Shown one piece after another: positions 21,213-36,599 of a DNA stretch of 64,000 nt. The notes beneath the pieces were generated by a model that saw only the letters and a program-made list of their open reading frames with translations, was not told the origin of the DNA and searched no databases. A program made the translations under genes and the position numbers. Position 1 is the stretch's first letter. Every line of letters begins with the position of its first letter. Source of the stretch: Pirellulales bacterium (GTDB taxonomy: Bacteria > Planctomycetota > Planctomycetia > Pirellulales > JAICIG01); the NCBI GenBank assembly GCA_040901675.1, contig JBBDYJ010000025.1, forward strand, positions 95,943-159,942. Direction: 5' to 3'.

Positions 21213-22865
21213 CTAGGCGAAAAACCAGCACAGCGCAAGCGTGCAAGCTACCAAGACACCCGCCCAGACGCCGTCGCGCTGCCAGAGGGGACGGCGGACG
21301 CTGTCGCCGTCGTCGCCGGCGCGCCGGTAACGCCACCAGGTGTACTGCTCCGTGGCGTCGCTCCGCTCGGACCGGTAGAGCCGGCTCATCACCACGAGAA
21401 CCAGGTAGCACAACAGCGCGGCCAGCCCCGTGCGGTGCAGGTATTGCAGGCGATGTCCGGCCAGCAGCGCGCCTTGCTCCAAGAGCACCGACAGGATCGG
21501 CCCGGCAAGCATGCACGCGAACGAGGCGGTCCGCGTGATGCGCGGCTGCAGAATACCGGCCAGAAAGGCGACCAAAACGCCCGGCACCAGGTAGGCGTTG
21601 TAGTCGACCATCCGGTTGAAAATGTTGTCCTTGGTGCCTCCGAACAACAGCGACAGCCCGATCGAGCAACCGGCCAAGGCCGACATGGAAATCCGCCCCA
21701 CGCCGATCAGCTCGCGCTCCGACGCCGCGGGCCGCAGATACTTCTTGTGAACGTCGAACGTGTACAGGGTGGCAAACGAGTTCATCATCGAGTCGATGCT
21801 CGAAAGGATGCCGCCGACCAGCCCCGCCATCACCAGCCCCACCAGGCCGAGTCCCGCAGGCAGCAGGGCCCGCGTCAGACCCGCGAAGGCCGTGTCGCTC
21901 TCGGTCGCCGGGTTGATCGAGAGGATGTATCCGGCCGCCATGCCCGGCACGATGCACATGAACGGGATCAACAGCTTGAAGTATCCCGCCACGATGATCC
22001 CCATCCGTCCGTCCCAGCCGGTCCGCGCGCCCAGCGCCCGCTGGGCGATGAACTGGTTTGTGGCCCAGTAATTGAAGTGCAGCACCATCAAGCCCGTCAG
22101 CACCCCCGTCCAGGGCAGGTCGCTATGGTCCGCTGGGAAGAACACGTGGAACTTCTCCGGCTGCTTGTCCAGCAGCCCGGCAAAGCCGCCCACGTTGGGA
22201 TGCCAGATCGCCAGGCAGGCGATGATCCCTCCACCCAGCAGCAACAGCACGCTTTGAACGGCGTCGGTATAAATCACCGCCTTCAGACCGCCGAACACCG
22301 TGTATACCGAGGCCACCAGCGCCAGGCCCCACACGGCCGCCTCGTAGCTCACGGCATAGTCCGAGCCGCTGGTCAGTGCTTCGATCGTCACCGCGCCGAG
22401 GATCAACGTGCCGCACATCTGGATCAACATGAAGGCCATGTTCGTGATCGAGTACAAGAAGCGGCTGCGGTCGTCGTACCGCCGCCCCAGGTACTCGCTC
22501 AACGTGTACAGGCCCATCCGGCGGTAGAGCGGCAGAAAAAAATAGCAGAGCATCATCAAGCCGAAGATGGCGCCGTACTCGTAGTTGGCCTGGGCGTAAC
22601 CATGCTGCAGGCCGGCCCCCATCATGCCCACCATGTGGTGCGAGCTGATGTTGCTGCCGAAGATCGACCCGGCCACCGCCCACCAGGCCACGTTGCGGCC
22701 GGCCAGAAAGTAGTCGCGGGTTCCCTCCTCCCGCCGGCCCATGTACATGCCGAAGGCCGCCACCGCCAGCACGGTGCCCAGCAGCACCACCAGGTCCAGC
22801 GCATCCAGCGGCAGTTGCTCCGCCTGGGCCAGCACAAGCCATCGTGCCTGCATATCTTGGATCAC
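21213..22865 (-). CDS. Sodium:solute symporter (SSS family)
   Basis: DYFLAGR, GSNISS, TLSEYLGRRYD, GGLKAVIYTD, YWATNQFIAQRAL; many TM helices. Confidence 0.95.
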   Translation of the reverse strand: MIQDMQARWLVLAQAEQLPLDALDLVVLLGTVLAVAAFGMYMGRREEGTRDYFLAGRNVAWWAVAGSIFGSNISSHHMVGMMGAGLQHGYAQANYEYGAIFGLMMLCYFFLPLYRRMGLYTLSEYLGRRYDDRSRFLYSITNMAFMLIQMCGTLILGAVTIEALTSGSDYAVSYEAAVWGLALVASVYTVFGGLKAVIYTDAVQSVLLLLGGGIIACLAIWHPNVGGFAGLLDKQPEKFHVFFPADHSDLPWTGVLTGLMVLHFNYWATNQFIAQRALGARTGWDGRMGIIVAGYFKLLIPFMCIVPGMAAGYILSINPATESDTAFAGLTRALLPAGLGLVGLVMAGLVGGILSSIDSMMNSFATLYTFDVHKKYLRPAASERELIGVGRISMSALAGCSIGLSLLFGGTKDNIFNRMVDYNAYLVPGVLVAFLAGILQPRITRTASFACMLAGPILSVLLEQGALLAGHRLQYLHRTGLAALLCYLVLVVMSRLYRSERSDATEQYTWWRYRRAGDDGDSVRRPLWQRDGVWAGVLVACTLALCWFFA

Positions 22866-22945
22866 TCCCTGTCAGGTACCGCCCAAAGTAGCTGCCTATG
22901 ATAGCCACGTCCGGCGGCCTTGGCACCCATCGGCTTGGATTTATG

Positions 22946-23172
22946 CCCGGTTTATCGGGTCTGCCTGACCGTCGGTAGTGACCCGACTTATCGGGTCCTC
23001 CGAGCCGTTCGTAGTGACCCGATTTATCGGTCCCTTGAGCGTAACAAGTTCGCACGATTTGCGCATACTTTTTGCAGGACAGCATCAAACATGCGGCCAC
23101 CGCGAACAGGAAGGACCCCATAAATGGGGTCACTACGAACAGGAAGACCGCATGAATGCGGTCACTACGAAC
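22946..23172. repeat. REP-like cluster, family D (GTTCGTAGTGACCCGATTTATCGGGTC and variants), direct and inverted copies
   Basis: GTAG at 22975 and 23012; inverted GACCCCATAAATGGGGTCACTACGAAC and GACCGCATGAATGCGGTCACTACGAAC. Confidence 0.8.
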
Positions 23173-23181
23173 CAAGCGCGG

Positions 23182-23209
23182 TAGACGCGAATGCCGCAGC
23201 ACGTATAAT
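23182..23209 (+). promoter_or_regulatory. Putative sigma70-type promoter (TAGACG-16-TATAAT)
   Basis: Perfect -10 hexamer 10 nt upstream of ATG 23220; motif match only. Confidence 0.35.
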
Positions 23210-23893
23210 TTGGCCGACCATGCACTCGACCCAAGTTGCCGACCGGGCGGCCCATCGCCAGTACCAGGAACAAGTCGCCGCTCGGCTGCGCGTCGAAGAA
23301 CCGATCAACAGCGCGACACACGGCATCGGGTTCGTCCTGAGCATTGCCGGCCTGGTGCTGTTGCTGGCCACCGCGGCCGACTTCGGCGACGTCTGGCAGT
23401 TGGCCGCCTGCGCCGTCTACGGCGGATCGCTCATCGCGGTCTACGCGGCTTCCACCTTGTCGCACCTGTTTCAAGCGCCCCGCCTGCGCCGCCTGTTCCG
23501 CATTGTCGACCAGGCCCTGATTTTTCTGTTGATTGCCGGCACCTACACGCCGATCGCCTTCACCTGGCTGCGGCATGGCAACTGGTGGATTGTGCTGGCT
23601 TTGATGTGGGCCATCGGCTCGGCGGGCTTCGTCTCCAAGGCGATCTTCGTGCATCGGATCGAAGCCGTCTCGACCATGCTGCACGTGGTCATGGGCTGGC
23701 TGCCCGTGGTCACGGTCAGAACGCTGATCGATCGGGCGCCGCCGGGCCTGTTGTGGTGGATGCTTGCCGGCGGCATCTGTTACACGGTTGGCATCATCTT
23801 CCTGCACCGCGACGACAAAGTCCCTTACTTTCACGCGGTCTGGCACTTGATGGTCGTGGCCGGCAGCGCCTGCCACTACTGGGCGATCCTGGC

Positions 23894-28342
<4,449 letters not shown>

Positions 28343-28544
28343 GGGAGAATCTATTCTATGCCTCCGGAGGCGGCGACGGTAGATGGTTCGGAGCCGTCCG
28401 AGTACGAACGGGCTGCGGAGCGGGATGACCGCATCGGGCTGGATTCGGGAGAGGCTCGCCGAGGGCCGAAGCGGGGCACACTGACCCCTGCGGCAGGGTA
28501 TAATGCTATTCCGCCGCTAACTCGCGCCTGCATGGAGTATTACG

Positions 28545-28997
28545 TTGGCTGCGTCAGCATTGGTAGAGAAGGATCGACTTACGGGAATGGATGCCGCTCA
28601 CGCGCTCTGGAAAGACCCGGTGCTAAAGCCGACGGCCATCTTTTGGCTTTACGACGACGATGCAAGTGAATGGCGATTTGTTATCGCTACTGAAGATGCG
28701 AGAAGGCGCGGGCCGCAAGCAGCTTATCTTCGCGTGCGCAATCTACTGAAGCGAGCAGGGCTGCTAGACCGGCTACCGCTTCGCCGAGTTGTCGTCGTGG
28801 ATCCGGCCCATCCCCTTTTGACCAGCGTTGCCGCCATTCTTAGCACGCCCGGCAATAGCCTAGCGGGCATGTCATTCTACGACTGCGTCGTGAACAACGT
28901 TCCCATCGCTGGCATGCATCTTTATCACATGAATGCCGATATAAAGGCAAGCGGAAGCGAGGCGAAGAAGAGGGCAAGCCATTCTGCCGTCCGGTAG
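28545..28997 (+). CDS. Hypothetical protein (FWLY...WRF.IA...GP..AY motif), lower GC
   Basis: GGAG RBS before TTG; TATAAT at 28499-28504; atypical codon usage. Confidence 0.7.
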   Translation: MAASALVEKDRLTGMDAAHALWKDPVLKPTAIFWLYDDDASEWRFVIATEDARRRGPQAAYLRVRNLLKRAGLLDRLPLRRVVVVDPAHPLLTSVAAILSTPGNSLAGMSFYDCVVNNVPIAGMHLYHMNADIKASGSEAKKRASHSAVR

Positions 28998-29053
28998 TCA
29001 GTTGCGTGACGCCGCTCTAACCGCCTCCTCTGCCGAAATGGTTTCCGTAACCC

Positions 29054-29539
29054 ATGGACGAACGTCTGCCATCTGCTGAACAGGTCCACCGGGCTACTGC
29101 CAGCGATGCCGACCAACCCGGCGCCAACCGCGTTGCCCTGGCGATCGGCTGGGCGCTGGTTGTCGCGGCCGCCGGCGGACTGGCCTGCGGCTGGATCATC
29201 GACCGGTTCGGCGAGTTCGGTTCGATCAGCCTCTGGGGCCTGGGCGCGCTGGCCGGTGTTGTTTCGCGCAAGATCACGCGCAGCGCCAGCCCGCTGGCCG
29301 CCTGGTCGCAGGTGGCCGCCTGCGCGGTTGCACTGGTCCTGGCCGAAGTTTGCTGGATCCGATGGAACATCGTGCTCAAGCCGGACACCTGGGAACAAGC
29401 AATAGCCACACTCCCCACATTTGTCGAACAATACCAGTTGGCGGCTCTCATTGCCGCGTTGTTTACCGCCTTTGGCGCCTATGCCGCCTGGTGGCGGGCC
29501 GGCGCGCGATACCGGCTCGTCGCCGTCGAGATCCGCTGA
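29054..29539 (+). CDS. Hypothetical membrane protein
   Basis: About four hydrophobic helices; host-like codon usage. Confidence 0.7.
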   Translation: MDERLPSAEQVHRATASDADQPGANRVALAIGWALVVAAAGGLACGWIIDRFGEFGSISLWGLGALAGVVSRKITRSASPLAAWSQVAACAVALVLAEVCWIRWNIVLKPDTWEQAIATLPTFVEQYQLAALIAALFTAFGAYAAWWRAGARYRLVAVEIR

Positions 29540-29764
29540 GCAGCGAAAAACAACAAGACGGACGAGACTGGGCGCGCTGCCGCTTTGCCCCCAGCCACCC
29601 GGATGAAGGCGGAAGGCAGAATAACACCACGGACGAAGACTGGGGCACGCTAACGCTTTGCCCCAGCCACCCTGACGCTAGCTCCCAAACCACAACCTTC
29701 CGCCTTCATCCGTCCGCAACCCGCTTGGCCCGCTGGCCAAAACGGCTTACCATGGAAGGCGTGG

Positions 29765-31225
29765 ATGGACCGCAAGCCGTCCCCATTTGTTCGCCATTCG
29801 CCCAGCTCCCAGGAGAGCCACGTGCTCGGCCGCAGAAAACTATTGAGTCTGGGCTCGCTGGGGCTGGTCGGCCTGACGCTGCCCAAGCTGCTCAGGGCCG
29901 AGGCAGCCTTCCCGCCGGCCCGGCGCAAGCCGGCCCGCTCCTGCATCCTCTTCTTCCTGGAAGGCGGCCCGGCGCACCAGGACCTTTGGGACATGAAACC
30001 CTCGGCGCCTTACGAGGTCCGGGGCGAGTTCAAGCCGGTCGCTACCAGCACACCGGGCCTGCACGTTTGCGAGCACCTGCCGCTCTTAGCCCGCCAGATG
30101 CACCACCTGGCCCTGGTCCGCAGCGTGCACCACCGCGTCGGCGACCACAATGCCGGCGCCTACTACACGCTCACCGGCCGGTCGCCCGACAAGCCGGGCG
30201 GCCTGATCGTCTCCGACGAGCCGGAGAACTTCCCGCCCTTCGGCTCGGCGCTGGCCCACCTGCGTCCCATCGACCGGCAACTCCCCCCCTTCGTCCACTT
30301 GAGCGACATCATGTCCAACAACGGCAGCGACCTGCCGGGACAGCGGGCCGGCTTCCTGGGCGCTGCCTTCGACCCCTTCGTGGCCGGCGACCCCAGCGCG
30401 CCCGGATACCAGGTGCCCGGCCTGGCGCTGCCGGCCGAGATCCCCCTCGAGCGATTCGAAGCCCGGCAGCAGCTCTTGGCCCGGCTCGACCGCTCTCTGG
30501 CCGCCGCTCCGGACCAGCCGGAGTTCCAGCGGCTCGACGCCCACTACCGTCAGGCGTTTGAGCTTTTGGCCGCCTCCCAGGCCCGCCGGGCGTTTGATCT
30601 CAGCCAGGAACCCGACAGCGTCCGCCGCCGATACGGACTCCCCGACCGCACGGACCGCTCGGTCGAAGCCCGCAAGTTCGGCGGCCTGCCGCACCTGGGG
30701 CAGTGCATGCTATTGGCCAGGCGGTTGATCGAAGCCGGAGTGCGGCTGGTGACCGTGGGCACCGGACGCCGCTTCGACCAGTCGTGGGACACGCACCGCG
30801 ATCACTTCCCGCTCTTGAAACGGTCGCTGCTGCCCTATGCGGACCGGGCCTTTTCCGCCTTGCTCGAAGACCTGGCCGCCTCGGGCCTCTTGGACGAGAC
30901 CCTGGTGGTGGCCATGGGCGAGTTCGGCCGCACGCCGCGGCTGGGCCAGATCACCAGCGGCGCCGGCGCCGACGCCGGGGGGCGCGATCATTGGCCGCAT
31001 TGCTATACGGTGCTGCTGGCGGGGGGCGGCATTGCCGGGGGTGCCGTCTGGGGCCAGTCGGACAAGCATGCCGCTTATCCCAGCCGCGATCCGGTGGGGC
31101 CGGAAGACATCGCCGCCACCATCTATCATGCCTTGGGCATCGATCCCGATACGCGGATCATTGACCGCTTGGGCCGGCCCCAGTCGATCGCCCTGGGCAC
31201 GCCGATCTTCGACTTGTTCAGTTGA
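29765..31225 (+). CDS. DUF1501 domain protein
   Basis: GRRKLL, FLEGGPAHQDLWDMKP, WDTH, GEFGRTP, GRDHW. Confidence 0.95.
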   Translation: MDRKPSPFVRHSPSSQESHVLGRRKLLSLGSLGLVGLTLPKLLRAEAAFPPARRKPARSCILFFLEGGPAHQDLWDMKPSAPYEVRGEFKPVATSTPGLHVCEHLPLLARQMHHLALVRSVHHRVGDHNAGAYYTLTGRSPDKPGGLIVSDEPENFPPFGSALAHLRPIDRQLPPFVHLSDIMSNNGSDLPGQRAGFLGAAFDPFVAGDPSAPGYQVPGLALPAEIPLERFEARQQLLARLDRSLAAAPDQPEFQRLDAHYRQAFELLAASQARRAFDLSQEPDSVRRRYGLPDRTDRSVEARKFGGLPHLGQCMLLARRLIEAGVRLVTVGTGRRFDQSWDTHRDHFPLLKRSLLPYADRAFSALLEDLAASGLLDETLVVAMGEFGRTPRLGQITSGAGADAGGRDHWPHCYTVLLAGGGIAGGAVWGQSDKHAAYPSRDPVGPEDIAATIYHALGIDPDTRIIDRLGRPQSIALGTPIFDLFS

Positions 31226-31240
31226 TCGATCGCAGGGCCT

Positions 31241-31369
31241 TCAGCCCGCCCGGTCGAAGACGATCCAGACCAGCACCACGGCAAAGAGCGACACGCCGAA
31301 GCCGTATCCGCCTTCGGACGGATCGAACGACAGCAGCCGATCCCAGGTCACATTGCGGAACAGTTGCAT
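31241..31369 (-). CDS. Small (42 aa) membrane peptide
   Basis: MQLFRNVTWDRLLSFDPSEGGYGFGVSLFAVVLVWIVFDRAG*; GC3-rich codons; below the ORF-track cutoff. Confidence 0.5.
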   Translation of the reverse strand: MQLFRNVTWDRLLSFDPSEGGYGFGVSLFAVVLVWIVFDRAG

Positions 31370-31479
31370 GGCAGCGCCCCATTTAAAGAAAGTGTCTCTT
31401 AACAACTATAGCTCGCGCGGAGCGGGTTATAGTGACCGGAGAGCTTTTCGCCGCCACTCCCCCTGCAAGGGCGGGGGGC

Positions 31480-31690
31480 TGAAGGCAGAAGGCAGGAGGC
31501 AGAAGGCAGAAAGAGGGCAGGAGCAGGGTTTTGCTCGGCTGGCTGCTAAAACTGGGTAAAAGTGTCCCAATCGTCATCGCCGATACCATGCGAGGCGCAC
31601 CGTATCGACCGTGCTGGCGGCGCCCGGTCCCGCCTGCCCCAGCCTTCGTGTTGTTATTCTGCCTTCTGCCTTCGTCCTTCTGCCTTCATC
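31480..31690. repeat. Heptamer arrays in inverted orientation (GAAGGCA-type ... TTCTGCC-type)
   Basis: Array at about 31480-31511 and its complement at about 31658-31690; similar arrays at 12768-12795 and 56552-56590. Confidence 0.7.
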
Positions 31691-31775
31691 CGGGTGCCTG
31701 GCGCCTCAGGTGCGCCGGGTGCCTGGCGGCAAAGCGGTAGCGTGCCCCAGCTCGTCTCTGGGGGTGCCTGGTGTC

Positions 31776-31983
31776 TCAAGTGCGCTCGAAGAACGCCACC
31801 TGGAGCCGCCCCTTGTACGAGACCCGCAGCGAGATCATGTTCGCACGGATCACCGGTGCTGGCACGCCGCCCGGCTGATCGACCTCCCAGGTTCGCTCGC
31901 CGGTTTCCACCGCGGGCGGCATCGTGCTGGGCAGGCTTGGCTGAATTGACGTTTCATTCTGAACAACTGGCATCCTTGCCATG
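31776..31983 (-). CDS. Small hypothetical protein
   Basis: MARMPVVQNETS...RLQVAFFERT; lies between two family G repeats; start approximate. Confidence 0.3.
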
Positions 31984-32360
31984 CTGCGTCGCTTCATACT
32001 CCGCTTTCGCTTTGCAAGTGCTCGATCGAACATCTTCGCTTTCCGCTACCATTCTTTCGGCAGACTGACCATGCAAGGGTAAGGCGCGCTCTCGCCATTA
32101 ACAGCGCACGCCCGCCCACCCCCCCAGCAGCGCTGGTCGCCTCGCCTTTTCTTTCCCCGTCATCGTTCACCTTGTCGCCTTGTCGCCTTGTCCTCTCCCG
32201 CCGGGTGCCTGGTGGCCAAGCAGTAGCGTGCCCCAGCCTTCGTCTCCACAGGGTTGAACCGCGGCCTCCTGGCTGGTATGGATAGTGGGCCGCTGCCTGC
32301 CCGCGATCCCAAGCCAGCAACCCGCCCGCCCCCCCTCGACACACCAAAGGTCATCACAGC

Positions 32361-35054
32361 ATGCAAGTCCCCGCCAGAAGGACGGCCGCTTTGCTTTTTT
32401 GGTTCGCTTTCTGGCTAGCGGCAACGCTGGCGTGGGACGGTTCGAACGAACCGGCGTGCGCCCAGCCAACCCATCGGCACCCCAGGCAGTCCAAGCAGCC
32501 GACACTCGACCGGCCACCGGCCAACCGCCGCCCGCCGCTCGACTACGACCGTGCCCAGGTCGGCCGTCGCCTGGACGGCAAGATCGTCGTGCCCACCAAC
32601 CAGGTGCTCTCCCCCTTGGGACGGCAGGTCGCCTTTTCCGGCCGGCCCACCGACGTGGCCCTCTCTCCCGACGGCCGCTGGCTGGCGGTCCTGTCCCGCG
32701 ACCAGGTGCTCTCGATCGACGTTGAGGCGGGCCGCGTGGCCCACTTCGTCGACTGGCGCGGCGGCAGCTACACCGGCATGGTCTTCGCCCCCGACGGCCG
32801 GACACTCTACGCCTCCAGCATCCGCGGCACCATCGGCGTCTTCGAGGTGGCCGCCGACGGCCGGCTCACCCCCCAGCCGCCGAGCCGCGTCGAGCCCGTG
32901 CGAGGCCAGGACAACCCGGTGCCAGCCGGCCTGGCGATCAGCCAAGGCCATTTGTACGCGGCCATGAACCTCAACAACACGCTGGCCGAGATTGACCTGG
33001 CCACCGGCCAGGTGACGCGGCAGATTGCCGTCGGCAGTGCTCCCTACGACGTGGTCGTGGCCGGGCGGAAAGCCTATGTCAGCAACTGGGCCGGCCGCCA
33101 CCCGGAAGAGGACGATCCGCAAGGCCCTTCAGGCCGGGGCACGAAAGTCCGCGTCGATCCTCTGCGGCATATCGCCTCGGACGGCTCGGTTTCGGTCGTC
33201 GATCTGGAGGCCGGCCGCCAGGTGCGCGAGATCGTCGTCGGCCTGCACGCCTCCGGCCTGGCCTTGTCGGGCGACGGCCGCTGGCTGGCGGTTGCCAACG
33301 CCAACAGCGACACCGTCTCGGTGATCGACACGGCCCGCGACGCAGTGGTCGAAACCATCTCCACGCGGCCGGCTCGCAACATGCTTTTCGGCAGTGCGCC
33401 CAACTCGGTGGCCATCTCCAGCGACGGCCGCTGGCTTTATGCGGCCAACGGCACGAACAACGCCGTGGCGGTGATTGCCTTGCGTCCCCCTCATAGCCGG
33501 CTGATGGGCTGCTTCCCCACCGGCTGGTATCCGGCCGGCATGGCGCTCGACCCCGCTCGAAACGCGCTGTACGTGGCGAACATCAAGGGGGTTGGCTCTC
33601 GCAACGCCGACTGGCGCGGCACACGCAAGGTGAAGGACCGCGTGGTATTCGGCTACAACTCGCACGACTACCTGGGCACCGTCTCGCTGGTGCCGCTGCC
33701 GACGCTTGCGCAACTGGCCGGTCACACGGCAACCGTCAACACGAACAACCGTCTGACCGAAGCCACCAGCGCCCTGGCGCCGCCCCGGCGGTCCGCCGCG
33801 CCGCGGCCCATACCCGAGCGGCATGGCGAGCCGTCGGTCTTCAAGCACGTGCTCTACATCATCAAGGAGAACCGCACCTACGACCAGGTGTTTGGCGACG
33901 TCGAGCGGGGCGAGGGAGATCCGGAGCTTTGCATCTTCGGCCGCGAGGTCACGCCCAACCACCACAAGCTGGCCGACGAGTTCGTCCTGCTGGACAACTT
34001 TTACTGCAGCGGCACGCTGAGCGCCGACGGGCACCAGTGGACCGACGAAGCCTACGTGACCGACTACATCGAGAAGGCCTACGGCGGTTGGCCCCGCAGC
34101 TATCCCTACGAGGGCGGCGACGCCATGGCCTATGCCTCCAGCGGCTTCATCTGGGACAACGTGCTGGCGCACAAGCTCTCGCTGCGGGTCTACGGCGAGT
34201 TCGTGTCGGCCACCATCCGCTGGAAGGACCCGGCCCGTGCCGGGCGGCCCGGTTTTCTTGACTGCTATCGCGATTTCGTGGATGGCACCGGCTTGATCGA
34301 GGTGCTCGCCGAACCGGCGATCGAAACCATCCGCCCGCACATCTGCCCGACCGCCATCGGTTTCCCGGGCACCGTTCCCGACGTGCACCGCGCCCAGCAA
34401 TTCATCGACGAGCTGCGCGGCTATGAAGAGCGGGGCGACCTGCCCAACTTCATGATCATGCTCTTGCCCAACGACCATACCACCGGCACCACTCCCGGCA
34501 TGCCGACGCCCGAGGCCGCCGTCGCCGACAACGACCTGGCCCTGGGCCGCATCGTCGAGGCCGTCAGCCAGAGCCGCTTTTGGCGCGAGACGGCCATCTT
34601 TGTGGTGCAGGACGATCCGCAGAACGGCTTCGACCACATCGACGGCCATCGTACGGTGGCCCTGGTCGTCAGCCCCTATACGCGCCGGCGGGTGGTCGAC
34701 AGCACCAACTACAACCAGACCAGCATGATCCGCACGATGGAGCTGATCCTGGGCCTGCCGCCGATGAACCAGTTCGACGCCTCGGCCACGCCGATGGCCA
34801 CCTGCTTTACGGACAAGCCCGACTTCACGCCCTACAAGTCGGTGCCCAACAACATCCCCTTGGACCGCTTGAATCCGCCGTTACAAGCGATCGACGACCC
34901 TCGCCAGTTGCACTGGGCCAAAATCTCGCTCGAGCTTCCGCTGGACGACATCGACCAGGCCGACGAAGACACGTTCAACCGCATTCTCTGGCACGCCGTC
35001 CGGGGCAGCGACGACACCTATCCCTCCTGGGCCGTGCTGGAAAAGGAGGAATGA
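32361..35054 (+). CDS. Secreted YncE-type beta-propeller fused to an alkaline-phosphatase-superfamily phosphoesterase
   Basis: YVTN-like repeats (VANANSDTVSVID); KHVLYIIKENRTYD, SADGHQW, LPNDHT, ADNDLALG, DHIDGHR. Confidence 0.93.
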   Translation: MQVPARRTAALLFWFAFWLAATLAWDGSNEPACAQPTHRHPRQSKQPTLDRPPANRRPPLDYDRAQVGRRLDGKIVVPTNQVLSPLGRQVAFSGRPTDVALSPDGRWLAVLSRDQVLSIDVEAGRVAHFVDWRGGSYTGMVFAPDGRTLYASSIRGTIGVFEVAADGRLTPQPPSRVEPVRGQDNPVPAGLAISQGHLYAAMNLNNTLAEIDLATGQVTRQIAVGSAPYDVVVAGRKAYVSNWAGRHPEEDDPQGPSGRGTKVRVDPLRHIASDGSVSVVDLEAGRQVREIVVGLHASGLALSGDGRWLAVANANSDTVSVIDTARDAVVETISTRPARNMLFGSAPNSVAISSDGRWLYAANGTNNAVAVIALRPPHSRLMGCFPTGWYPAGMALDPARNALYVANIKGVGSRNADWRGTRKVKDRVVFGYNSHDYLGTVSLVPLPTLAQLAGHTATVNTNNRLTEATSALAPPRRSAAPRPIPERHGEPSVFKHVLYIIKENRTYDQVFGDVERGEGDPELCIFGREVTPNHHKLADEFVLLDNFYCSGTLSADGHQWTDEAYVTDYIEKAYGGWPRSYPYEGGDAMAYASSGFIWDNVLAHKLSLRVYGEFVSATIRWKDPARAGRPGFLDCYRDFVDGTGLIEVLAEPAIETIRPHICPTAIGFPGTVPDVHRAQQFIDELRGYEERGDLPNFMIMLLPNDHTTGTTPGMPTPEAAVADNDLALGRIVEAVSQSRFWRETAIFVVQDDPQNGFDHIDGHRTVALVVSPYTRRRVVDSTNYNQTSMIRTMELILGLPPMNQFDASATPMATCFTDKPDFTPYKSVPNNIPLDRLNPPLQAIDDPRQLHWAKISLELPLDDIDQADEDTFNRILWHAVRGSDDTYPSWAVLEKEE

Positions 35055-35073
35055 CGGTAGAAGGAGGTAATGG

Positions 35074-35155
35074 GACCTCTGACCTCTTGACCTCTGACCT
35101 CTTGACCTCTGACCTCTGACTTCTGACTTCTGACTTCTGACTTCTGACTTCCGAC
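35074..35155 (+). repeat. Heptamer tandem array (GACCTCT / GACTTCT)
   Basis: About eleven units ending directly at ATG 35156. Confidence 0.9.
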
Positions 35156-36457
35156 ATGAGCCAGGTTCTCGATCAATTCGAACAGGCCCGCCGCCATCTG
35201 GCCGGCGGCGTTTCCGCCTCGACCCGGCTGAACCGCGCCTTGGGCCACGCGATGCTCTTCGAGCGGGCCGAGGGCTGCCGCGTCTGGGACCTGGACGGCC
35301 GCGAGTACATCGACCTGTGTACCAGCCACGGCGCTACGCTGCTGGGACACGGCGATCCCTCAGTCCGTGAGGCGGTCGATCGGGCGCTGTCCCGCGGAGC
35401 GCCCTGCTCGTATGAAAACCGCATGCACACCGAGTTGGCCGACCTGTTGTGCCAGACGATTCCTTGCTGCGAGCAAGTCCGCTTCACCGGCTCGGGCACC
35501 GAAGCCACGATGCACGTGATCCGGTTGGCCCGCGCCTACACCGGCCGCCCAAAACTGTTGAAGTTCGAGGGCAATTTTCACGGCTATCACGACCAGGTGA
35601 TGTTCTCCATCGGTACGCCCGCCGACAAGCTGGGCAGCGAAGTCGAGCCAACGTTGCACCCAGGCTCGACCGGGATCACCCGCGGCATCGAGCAGCAGCT
35701 CGTGCTGGCTGCGTACAACCGGCCCGACCTGCTGCGCGAAATCTTTCGCCGGCATGCTTCCGAGCTGGCGGCCGTCATCATCGAGCCGATCTGGTACAAC
35801 GCCGGCTGCATCGAGCCGACCGCCGAGTTCATGTCCGCGCTGGTCGAGCTCACCCAACGGCACGACGTGCTGTTGATCTTCGACGAGGTGCTCAGCGCCT
35901 TCCGCATGGCCCTCGGCGGGGCCCAGGAGCACCTGGGCGTCACGCCCGACCTGTGTACTTTGGGCAAGGCGGTTGGCGGCGGCCTCCCCTTGAGCGTGTT
36001 CGGCGGCCGCCAGGCGATCATGCAGCGGCTGATGCCCAGCGGGGACTGCCAGCACAGCGGCACGTACAACGGCCATCAGCTCGGCGTGGCCGCCGGCCTG
36101 GCCGCCCTGACCGCTTACCGCCGGCCCGGTTTTTATGACCACATCCGGTCGCTCGCGGCGCGCTTGTACGACGGCATCAACCAGCTCTTTGTCCGCCATG
36201 GCGTCAACGGGCGCGTGCACGGTTTGGGCGCCCGCTTCGGCATTTATTTCGGCGTCGGGCAGCCCCGCACCTACCGCGACGTGGTGCTGCACGACCGCCA
36301 GAAGATGCTGGCCTTCGTCCGCTCGGCCATTGCCGAAGGGGTCTACTTCCACGACTATGGCGGGGCCGCCTGCCATCACGGCTTCTGCGCCGCCATGACC
36401 CTGGCCGACGTCGACGAGGCGCTCCAGCGGCTCGACCGGGCGATTGCGCGTATGTAG
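35156..36457 (+). CDS. Class III PLP aminotransferase (glutamate-1-semialdehyde aminomutase-like)
   Basis: DLDGREYID, SGTEATM, FEGNFHG, IFDEV, LGKAVGGG (PLP Lys), SGTYNG. Confidence 0.9.
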   Translation: MSQVLDQFEQARRHLAGGVSASTRLNRALGHAMLFERAEGCRVWDLDGREYIDLCTSHGATLLGHGDPSVREAVDRALSRGAPCSYENRMHTELADLLCQTIPCCEQVRFTGSGTEATMHVIRLARAYTGRPKLLKFEGNFHGYHDQVMFSIGTPADKLGSEVEPTLHPGSTGITRGIEQQLVLAAYNRPDLLREIFRRHASELAAVIIEPIWYNAGCIEPTAEFMSALVELTQRHDVLLIFDEVLSAFRMALGGAQEHLGVTPDLCTLGKAVGGGLPLSVFGGRQAIMQRLMPSGDCQHSGTYNGHQLGVAAGLAALTAYRRPGFYDHIRSLAARLYDGINQLFVRHGVNGRVHGLGARFGIYFGVGQPRTYRDVVLHDRQKMLAFVRSAIAEGVYFHDYGGAACHHGFCAAMTLADVDEALQRLDRAIARM

Positions 36458-36571
36458 AACGGAATTCATTCCGTTTCCCTGAACCGAATTCATTCCGTTT
36501 CTCTGAACCGAGTTCATTCCGTTTGCCAAGTGCATTTTGTTGTTATGAAAACGGAATGAATTCCGTTCTAC
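36454..36571. repeat. REP-like cluster, family E (GTAGAACGGAATTCATTCCGTT): three direct copies and one inverted
   Basis: AAC(G/C)GA(A/G)TTCATTCCGTT three times, then AACGGAATGAATTCCGTTCTAC. Confidence 0.85.
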
Positions 36572-36599
36572 GTATGCCGTAGCGAGGACTAAAACACCC

